Made by a program: the position numbers and the translations under genes. Positions 25,644-32,000 of a stretch of DNA of 32,000 bases are shown piece after piece. Origin of the DNA: an uncultured Muribaculaceae bacterium (GTDB lineage: Bacteria; Pseudomonadota; Alphaproteobacteria; Rs-D84); assembly GCA_965231035.1 (NCBI GenBank), contig OZ246409.1, positions 391,101-423,100 on the forward strand, given 5' to 3'. The notes beneath the pieces are model-generated. The model saw nothing but the letters and a program-made list of their open reading frames with translations. It had not been told where the DNA came from and ran no database searches. Positions within the stretch are counted from its first letter, which is position 1. Each line of letters starts with the position of its first letter.

Positions 25644-26006
25644 TCATAAATTTTCTAAAAAACCGAGTATAGAATTTACCCCATTCATACGCCCTGCACC
25701 CAAAGATATATTTAAACTTTCAAATTCTTTTCTGATATTTAATTTTCTAATTTGTTCTGGTGTTTTGCCATCAACCATAGATACTATTATTGCAACAACA
25801 CCACTGACTAATGAAGAATCAGCAAATCCATAAAAATTATTTCCATCGCGACATATTTTTACCAATGACATACAACCGGTAATTTCTTTACATTGAACAT
25901 TTTCTGGTGCGGGTTTCAGATTCTTTCCAAAATCCATAACCACTTCCAATTTTTCAACTGGGTCATTTATGTTTTCCAGAATATTTTTTATCTCGATATA
26001 ATTCAT
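25644..26006 (-). CDS. sufE: cysteine desulfuration protein SufE
   Basis: About 120 aa with ITGCMSLVKI (conserved acceptor-Cys motif) and ADSSLVSGVVAI. Directly follows sufT and sufS. Confidence 0.75.
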   Translation of the reverse strand: MNYIEIKNILENINDPVEKLEVVMDFGKNLKPAPENVQCKEITGCMSLVKICRDGNNFYGFADSSLVSGVVAIIVSMVDGKTPEQIRKLNIRKEFESLNISLGAGRMNGVNSILGFLENL

Positions 26007-26321
26007 TTACCAACCCTGTTCTGTTAAATCTAATTCCAGTCTTGCGGTTTCAGACATTTTTGAAATATCCCATGCAGGATCCCAAACAAGTTCTACTTTG
26101 ACATTGTCAACTCCCACAACAGATTCTGCACCATTTTTCACCATACCTAATAATTCTTCCATCATTGGACATGTTGGACTGGTCAGTGTCATGGTTATTT
26201 TTACTTTGTCATTATTTATATCAATATTATAAATCAAACCCAGATCCCAAATATTAACTGGTATTTCCGGGTCATAAACAGATTGTAAGGCTGTTATAAT
26301 ATCTTCTTTTGTAAACGACAT
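26007..26321 (-). CDS. sufT: Fe-S cluster assembly protein SufT (DUF59/MIP18 family)
   Basis: VYDPEIPVNIWDLGLIY...LTSPTCPM signature. The ATG at 26321 overlaps the sufS stop (TAATG). The longer track ORF (to 26384) overlaps sufS and is unlikely. Confidence 0.75.
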   Translation of the reverse strand: MSFTKEDIITALQSVYDPEIPVNIWDLGLIYNIDINNDKVKITMTLTSPTCPMMEELLGMVKNGAESVVGVDNVKVELVWDPAWDISKMSETARLELDLTEQGW

Positions 26322-27430
26322 TATTTTTCCAAAATCTTCTTTATTATTTCTATAACTTCGTCTGCTTCTGCTTTTGTATTCCAAGGTCCAACAGAAATAC
26401 GAATCGTTCCATTATATCCCATTAATTTATGTAACCAAGAGGCACACATATTTCCAACACGTAAACAAACCCCGTATGCCCCAATCAATGTTCCAAAATC
26501 CAAACAATTCATATTATCTATTACAAAAGACAAAATACAAGAATCAGGCTTGGTTATTATTTTTATTCTTTTCATTTTTGATAATTCTGAATACATATAT
26601 TCTATCAAATTATTTTTATCTTTGGACATATAATCCAAAGCATATGGCAGACCTACAATTTGTGTCAGCGGCAGAGTTCCTGCTTCGAACTTTGCTGGAC
26701 CATCTGCCAAAACCCATTCATTGCCATTAATCCTGTTGACCATTCCTCCACCAAATTTATCTGGATACCATCTGTTTGGTTCTTTGATATACATTACGCC
26801 CAATCCTGTGTCAGATCCAATTTTGTGTCCAGAAAAACACAAAAAGTCACAATCCCAATCAACAACATTTATTGGTAAATGTGCAACATACTGTGCTGCG
26901 TCAACTATAGTTATAACTTTTGAATTTTGTGACCTTGCTTTTTTAATTATTTCTTTGACATTTTGGAGTGCACCCAAGACATTTGACATAGCAGTTATGA
27001 CCAAAACATCTGTTTTACCAATTCCAGATATATCAATATTATGGTCTTTGTCTAATGAACATACTTTAATATCTACATTGCTATGGTGACCTATTTCTTC
27101 CCATGGCATACGTGCCGAGTGATGATCTAAATCCGATACTGTAACTGTCAACTGATTCCCTGACGAACTCGATTCTGAAACCATTTTTGCGATTCTATTC
27201 ATACCATCGGTTGTTCCACTGGTAAAAACGATGTTTTCAGGTCCTGATTTTATGAAATTTGCGACAGATTTTCGGGAATTTTCGACCATTTTGTCGACCG
27301 CTATACTACGTTCACATACACCTCTTCCTGAATTAGCATAATTGTTTTTCAAAAAGTCGATTTCGGCTTTTATGACAGATTCTGATTTCAGGCTACTAGC
27401 AGCTGCGTCTAAGTATATGATTTTATTCAT
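26321..27430 (-). CDS. sufS: cysteine desulfurase (SufS/CsdA-like class V aminotransferase)
   Basis: IYLDAAASS N-terminus, PLP-Lys motif FSGHKIG and active-site region RVGNMCASW. At 369 aa it is somewhat short for SufS. Confidence 0.8.
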   Translation of the reverse strand: MNKIIYLDAAASSLKSESVIKAEIDFLKNNYANSGRGVCERSIAVDKMVENSRKSVANFIKSGPENIVFTSGTTDGMNRIAKMVSESSSSGNQLTVTVSDLDHHSARMPWEEIGHHSNVDIKVCSLDKDHNIDISGIGKTDVLVITAMSNVLGALQNVKEIIKKARSQNSKVITIVDAAQYVAHLPINVVDWDCDFLCFSGHKIGSDTGLGVMYIKEPNRWYPDKFGGGMVNRINGNEWVLADGPAKFEAGTLPLTQIVGLPYALDYMSKDKNNLIEYMYSELSKMKRIKIITKPDSCILSFVIDNMNCLDFGTLIGAYGVCLRVGNMCASWLHKLMGYNGTIRISVGPWNTKAEADEVIEIIKKILEK

Positions 27431-27504
27431 TTTTTCGATTTCCCTTGCTTTTTAATCGTATTATAATACACTTTTGGCGAATATCAATAAGTAAGGAGAA
27501 AAAG

Positions 27505-27825
27505 ATGGCTTTGCTGCATATTAATGACGCAAGTTTTGAGAGTAAAATAGCTAAGGGAATCAGCCTGGTGGACTTTTGGGCTTCTTGGTGTGGTCCATGT
27601 CAGATGTTTGGTCCAACATTCGAAGCTGCATCCGAAAAAATCCCAGACGTTAATTTTTTAAAATTTGAAGTTGATGAACATAATCGCGTAACCCCATCAA
27701 AATATGGAATTCGTAGTATTCCAAGCGTATTGGCCTTTAAAGATGGAAAATTGGTCGAAGCTCGTGTTGGTGTGATGGATATTGATACAATCAAACACTG
27801 GGTTTCAGAACTAAAAGGATCTTAA
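27505..27825 (+). CDS. trxA: thioredoxin
   Basis: WASWCGPCQMFGP active site, SIPSVLAFKDGK and 106 aa from the ATG at 27505 with AAGGAG upstream. The track ORF start at 27445 is probably too long. Confidence 0.9.
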   Translation: MALLHINDASFESKIAKGISLVDFWASWCGPCQMFGPTFEAASEKIPDVNFLKFEVDEHNRVTPSKYGIRSIPSVLAFKDGKLVEARVGVMDIDTIKHWVSELKGS

Positions 27826-27826
27826 A

Positions 27827-28255
27827 ATGACCGGAAAAAATTATAAAACTTTGACATTGGATCCGAAATACGTTCCAAAAAAATCTGAAAAATACATGTG
27901 TATCGAGCATAAAGCTTATTTTTATCAGCTTTTGAACGCTCAAAAAGAAGAATTATTGCAAGAGTCTGTTTCTGTTTTAAATGCTGTTAAGTTGGCAGAA
28001 AAGAACGAGACGGCTGGTGTTGGTGACGAATTGGACAATTCAACGGCCGAACAAGAAATTGCTATGAATTTAAAGTTGTCTGAACGCAATCATAATCTAT
28101 TAAAAAAGATTGAAACTGCTTTGGAAAGGCTGGAAAATGGAACATATGGTTACAGTATCGTTTCCGGTGAAGAAATCGGAATCAGCAGAATGCTGGCCAG
28201 TCCTTTTGCAACATTGACTATTGAAGAAAAAGACGAATCGGAAAGACGCAAGTAA
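27827..28255 (+). CDS. dksA: RNA polymerase-binding transcription factor DksA (Cys-free variant)
   Basis: Coiled-coil tip GDELDNSTAEQE (DxxDxS/A). C-terminal GTYGYSIVSGEEIGISRMLASPFATLTIEEK aligns to the DksA zinc-finger region, with the Cys residues replaced. Confidence 0.8.
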   Translation: MTGKNYKTLTLDPKYVPKKSEKYMCIEHKAYFYQLLNAQKEELLQESVSVLNAVKLAEKNETAGVGDELDNSTAEQEIAMNLKLSERNHNLLKKIETALERLENGTYGYSIVSGEEIGISRMLASPFATLTIEEKDESERRK

Positions 28256-28274
28256 TTCTTGTAAAAAACAAACT

Positions 28275-28303
28275 AAAAAACCGGTAGAAATACCGGTTTT
28301 TTT
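28275..28303. terminator. bidirectional rho-independent terminator between dksA and tatA
   Basis: AAAAAA-CCGGTA-GAAA-TACCGG-TTTTTTT. Confidence 0.85.
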
Positions 28304-28321
28304 GATTAATAAAAAATTAAA

Positions 28322-28528
28322 TTATTTTTTTACTGTCTTTTTAACCGCAGGCTTTTTTGTAGCCTGTTTTTTTGACGGTTCTTTTTCAGTATTAGTTCCT
28401 TTTAATTCTTTCTTGAAAACATTAATTCCATTTGCCAAATTTTTCATAACATCTGGAATCTTGGCATGCCCAAACAGAATCAAAACCAATATAATTATTA
28501 AAAATATTTCCCAAAAACCTGTTCTCAT
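28322..28528 (-). CDS. tatA: twin-arginine translocase subunit TatA
   Basis: From the ATG at 28528 (AAGGAG upstream): MRTGFWEIFLIIILVLILFGHAKIP, typical of the TatA TM segment and hinge, then an amphipathic helix and a Lys-rich tail. Confidence 0.8.
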   Translation of the reverse strand: MRTGFWEIFLIIILVLILFGHAKIPDVMKNLANGINVFKKELKGTNTEKEPSKKQATKKPAVKKTVKK

Positions 28529-28545
28529 AAGTATCTCCTTAGACT

Positions 28546-29286
28546 TTATCTTGCTACGTAACAATCCAACCCGTCAGACTTTGCGTTGCGGCAAAATCCG
28601 TTTGCATCATTCGAATTTGCAAATGCGACACGCAATCTGTAAGTAGTTGTACCATTTGGTAATACTGCCGCCAGAATAACAAACTGTTTGTCTGTAAATA
28701 AATTGCCGTGCTTTGCTGTAATCTTCTTTTCAGCAGTTTCCGCAGCACCTCTTGTAGCATATGAACCAAATTGAACATACCATCCGCCAGAAACATTTGC
28801 AACTGGCTTTGTTTGTATTGGTTTTGGCTTTGCAACTGGTAATGGTGTCGGTTTATTTATATTTGGATTAAACGTAACTTCTTTTCTATCTGTTACTTCG
28901 CGTACTGGTACACCTGGTGTTACATGAATTGGTTCAACAACCGGCTTTGGTGCAGACATTACAACAGGTGCAACAGCTGGTGCAGTTACAGTCGCAGGAA
29001 CTACTGGTGCCGCAGGTGGTACTGGTGTACCAGGTTTAACCTCGGCGGGGTTAACAGCTGCAACTTCTGGTGTATCCAGATTAACTTCTACAGAAGACCC
29101 AGAATCCGAACCAATAGTGCGAACTATTATGTATGTGGCAATAATTATTACCAACAAACCAATTCCCATTAACAACCATGGTTTTTTTGGTCTTGGATTT
29201 GTAAAAGGACTGCTTTCCGGAAGATCAGATAAATCTGCATCTTCTTCCAGATCTAATAAGTCCAAATTTTCTTCATTCTCGTTCAT
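28546..29286 (-). CDS. SPOR domain-containing membrane protein
   Basis: Acidic N-terminus, TM segment WLLMGIGLLVIIIATYIIV, Pro/Val/Ala-rich linker and a C-terminal SPOR-like region GWYVQFGSYATRGAAE...YRLRVAFANSNDANGFC. Confidence 0.75.
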   Translation of the reverse strand: MNENEENLDLLDLEEDADLSDLPESSPFTNPRPKKPWLLMGIGLLVIIIATYIIVRTIGSDSGSSVEVNLDTPEVAAVNPAEVKPGTPVPPAAPVVPATVTAPAVAPVVMSAPKPVVEPIHVTPGVPVREVTDRKEVTFNPNINKPTPLPVAKPKPIQTKPVANVSGGWYVQFGSYATRGAAETAEKKITAKHGNLFTDKQFVILAAVLPNGTTTYRLRVAFANSNDANGFCRNAKSDGLDCYVAR

Positions 29287-29411
29287 AATTAATCCCCCAT
29301 TGTTATCGCCATGATTATATCACAAAAAAAAGACATAATAAAGCAGATATCAAAAATAAAATCAGTATTCTATTTTAATTTATAAATCTGTTTATTATGC
29401 CTGTTAATCGC

Positions 29412-29552
29412 CTATTTCGGCTGGTTGCCAAAATTTGGTGGCACAATTAATTTATGATTTTGTTCAACTGTTGGTTCTGTTTCACAGCCACAACAAGCGG
29501 CCAATGTTAAAACCAAAGAACAAAGTCCTAAAAATAAAAATACTTTTTTCAT
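29412..29552 (-). CDS. small putative lipoprotein (46 aa), absent from the ORF track
   Basis: Hand translation: MKKVFLFLGLCSLVLTLAACCGCETEPTVEQNHKLIVPPNFGNQPK. Has a lipobox (LTLAAC) and AAGGA upstream, and starts 14 nt after the thrS stop. Confidence 0.4.
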   Translation of the reverse strand: MKKVFLFLGLCSLVLTLAACCGCETEPTVEQNHKLIVPPNFGNQPK

Positions 29553-29566
29553 TATAATTTCCTTTA

Positions 29567-31300
29567 TTATTTTGGCATTTGAACGGCGTGTTTCATCTGT
29601 TTTACAAAATCTGATAATGAAACAGTTTCCTGTTTTTCATTACCCAGATGACGCAAGGTTACCGTTTTATCAGCCATTTCTTTTTCACCTACAACCGCAA
29701 TTATTGGGGTTTTTGCCAAAGAAAGTTCACGGATTTTATAGTTCACTTTTTCATCACGCAAATCAGCACGTGCATAAATGCCAGAATCACGCAATTTATC
29801 AACAACTTCATTTGCATATTCTTTGAACTTTTCAGAAATTGGTGCAACCACAACAGGTTCTGGTGACAGCCACAATGGCAAATTACCACCTGTTGATTCA
29901 ATCAAGATTCCCATAAATCTTTCAATACTTCCCAACATTGCACGATGCAACATAATTGGACGATGTTTTTCACCATCTTCGCCAATGTATGACAAATCAA
30001 AACGTTCTGGTAAGTTCATATCCAGTTGCACAGTTCCACACTGCCAAGGTCTGCCCATTGAATCTTTGATATAATTATCAATCTTTGGACCATAGAATGC
30101 GGCATCACCTTGGGCAATTTCAAATTCTATACCATTTTTCTCCAAAGCATTCTTTAAAGCATTTTCCGCCCTGTCCCAGATCTCGTCAGAACCAATACGG
30201 AATTCTGATTCTTTTCTGGTTGCCAATTTCATAGAAATTTTTTCAAAACCAAATTTTGAATAAATATCTTTGATAAAGCGTAAAACCTTTACAACTTCGG
30301 ATTCCAACTGATTTTCTGTACAGAAAATATGGGCATCGTCTTGGGTAAATTCACGAACACGCATTAAACCTGATAACCCGCCTGCTGCTTCGTATCTGTG
30401 AACTTTTCCAAATTCAGCCATATACAAAGGTAAATCTTTGTATGATTTTATACCCTGACCAAATACCAACATACCACCCGGACAAGACATAGGTTTGATA
30501 CAGAACACCTTGCCATCTTGGGTTTTACCTGAATAGTTATGTTCCCCATACTTTGCCCAGTGACCAGAAGTCTCCCACAAACATTTATCCATAACCGACG
30601 GAGTTGATATTTCTTGGTAACCAGCCAGTTCTTGGCGATGGCGGACATATTCAATCAATCGGCGATATATTTTATATCCCTTATCGTGCCAAAACACTGC
30701 ACCTGGGGCATATTCAGGCTCGAAATGGAACAAATCCATATCGCGCCCCAGTTTTCTGTTATCTCGGGCAGCGGCTTCTTCCTGCATTTTCAGGAATTCT
30801 TCCAGTTCTGATGTATTTGCAAATGCGTCAACGTATACCCGTTGTAGCATTTTATTCTTAGAATCCCCTTTCCAATAGGCACCTGCGACATTGCGGATTT
30901 TAAAGCCGTCACGCGGCAAATCCTTTGAACTTTCAACATGTGGACCACGACACAAATCGACAAAATCACGAAAAGTATAAATTGACAAAACTTCGCCATT
31001 TGCATCATATTCGTTTAACCATTCCATCTTGTATGGCTGGTCATGGAATATTTGCTTGGCTTCGACCAAGGATACATTTTTCTTTTCAAATTGACCATTG
31101 GATTTAATCAATTCCCGCATTTCTTTTTCGATTTTAGGAAAATCTTCGGGTGAAAATTTATGTTCAGTATCAAAGTCATAAAAGAACCCATTTTCAATCG
31201 CTGGTCCACCTGCGAACTTAACATCTCCATAAAGTTTTTTGACAGCTGCCGCCATTACATGCGCCAAACTGTGTCTAATAATTTCAATTTCATATGACAT
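29567..31300 (-). CDS. thrS: threonine--tRNA ligase lacking the N-terminal TGS domain
   Basis: Begins in the editing/second additional domain (IRHSLAHVMAAAVKKLYG...GPAIENGFFYDFD). Class II core FRDFVDLCRGPH, HRYEAAGGLSGLMRVREFTQDDAHIF and HRAMLGSIERF, plus a C-terminal anticodon-binding domain. Confidence 0.9.
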   Translation of the reverse strand: MSYEIEIIRHSLAHVMAAAVKKLYGDVKFAGGPAIENGFFYDFDTEHKFSPEDFPKIEKEMRELIKSNGQFEKKNVSLVEAKQIFHDQPYKMEWLNEYDANGEVLSIYTFRDFVDLCRGPHVESSKDLPRDGFKIRNVAGAYWKGDSKNKMLQRVYVDAFANTSELEEFLKMQEEAAARDNRKLGRDMDLFHFEPEYAPGAVFWHDKGYKIYRRLIEYVRHRQELAGYQEISTPSVMDKCLWETSGHWAKYGEHNYSGKTQDGKVFCIKPMSCPGGMLVFGQGIKSYKDLPLYMAEFGKVHRYEAAGGLSGLMRVREFTQDDAHIFCTENQLESEVVKVLRFIKDIYSKFGFEKISMKLATRKESEFRIGSDEIWDRAENALKNALEKNGIEFEIAQGDAAFYGPKIDNYIKDSMGRPWQCGTVQLDMNLPERFDLSYIGEDGEKHRPIMLHRAMLGSIERFMGILIESTGGNLPLWLSPEPVVVAPISEKFKEYANEVVDKLRDSGIYARADLRDEKVNYKIRELSLAKTPIIAVVGEKEMADKTVTLRHLGNEKQETVSLSDFVKQMKHAVQMPK

Positions 31301-31463
31301 AACAACAACCTTTATTTTTTATTATGATTTCAAATTTATGATTTATTGTAAAGTGCGAAAAATCGCAATAGAATTCAAACCCCCCAAGGGGTTGTTGTAG
31401 TTGTTGTGAAAATAACTTTTAGAACTTTCATGCTTTGTACTATAATCCTAATAAATCAGAAAA

Positions 31464-31871
31464 TCAAGAGCCTGTATAAGAACAAACAGAGGAATATCCA
31501 TAATCACCAGTAATATCAGTTCCGGTATAACTTGCTGGAAGATAACAACCATTTTTATTGGTTGTTCCTTGAATAGATGTTGCATTTGGATTACCAGTTC
31601 CCGATGCACAACTTACACAAGCAATAGAGTTAACTGGATCACCATAATAACCAGCCTTGCACTTACAATCTGAAATTAATGTAGAACCAGTTCCAGCGGT
31701 TGTTGAGTTTGTTGGACATTTCTCACAATAATTCAACTTAAGATAATATCCTGAGTTACAAGATTCGTAAACTATTGTTGTTTCTCCTTCTTCACAAACC
31801 AATGCTAATGCGTTTAAAGAAAAAAACATTGCGCCAAATATAAACGATAAAAAGAAAAATTTTTTATTCAT
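31464..31871 (-). CDS. secreted Cys-rich repeat protein (ephrin-receptor-like / GCC2_GCC3-like pattern)
   Basis: Signal peptide MNKKFFFLSFIFGAMFFSLNALA. Contains 12 Cys residues in patterns such as CNSGYY...CEKCPTNSTTAGTGSTLISDCKCKAGYYG and CVSCASGTGNPNATS...GC. Confidence 0.6.
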   Translation of the reverse strand: MNKKFFFLSFIFGAMFFSLNALALVCEEGETTIVYESCNSGYYLKLNYCEKCPTNSTTAGTGSTLISDCKCKAGYYGDPVNSIACVSCASGTGNPNATSIQGTTNKNGCYLPASYTGTDITGDYGYSSVCSYTGS

Positions 31872-31892
31872 ATATTTATTACTTTAAAATTA

Positions 31893-32000
31893 TTTATACC
31901 ATACCACCATCACAAACACAAACTGTTTGGTATCCAGTACCACGCACATCAGAATAATCTGTAAATTCTAGTGAACAAACCGTAGTTCCGCCACCAGTAC
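31893..32000 (-). CDS. 3' end of a second Cys-rich protein gene (partial, continues past the window end)
   Basis: Hand translation of the minus strand gives ...TGGGTTVCSLEFTDYSDVRGTGYQTVCVCDGGMV-stop. Composition resembles the neighbouring Cys-rich protein. Confidence 0.3.

Noticed and set aside
28221-28646. 141-aa plus-strand ORF overlapping the dksA end, the terminator and tatA
   Set aside because: It reads through a strong bidirectional terminator and is antisense to a well-supported tatA, so it is a shadow ORF.
31354-31393. Two small hairpins (TGCGA-AAAA-TCGCA and AACCCC-CCAA-GGGGTT) in the thrS leader as a possible ThrRS autoregulatory operator or T-box-like element
   Set aside because: The stems are short, no anticodon-like loop or T-box specifier features could be identified by eye, and they may simply terminate the upstream Cys-rich gene. 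The evidence is insufficient.

Overview
AT-rich Gram-negative chromosome segment, possibly from an alphaproteobacterial or endosymbiont-like lineage (weak inference from the gene set: ppdK, Cys-free DksA, an alpha-type FtsL-like protein). Most of the window is housekeeping. On the left are gatB (3' part), a SAM methyltransferase, miaB, an autotransporter-like OMP and tRNA-Lys(CUU). On the right are ppdK, nlpD-like, tatBC, lolA, recJ, ftsL/ftsI, sufS-sufT-sufE, trxA, dksA, tatA, a SPOR protein, thrS and Cys-rich secreted proteins. Between tRNA-Lys (ends 5632) and ppdK (stop at 16070) lies a roughly 9.5-10.4 kb accessory insertion. It carries a large serine recombinase, a DUF2924-like partner and a GNAT acetyltransferase. 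Its main cargo is a tightly coupled five-gene operon (8539-14888): a truncated GrpE-like protein, an 831-aa atypical Hsp70, a classical-clade AAA+ ATPase with a novel N-domain, a tail-anchored protein with a J-domain-like N-terminus lacking HPD, and a small 3-TM protein. This looks like a mobile, highly divergent Hsp70 triad plus AAA+ module tied to the membrane. I do not recognise it as any named system, and it is the top candidate for a previously undescribed conflict or defence system. All calls come from reading motifs in the supplied translations and DNA; no database search was possible. The island boundaries are unresolved.
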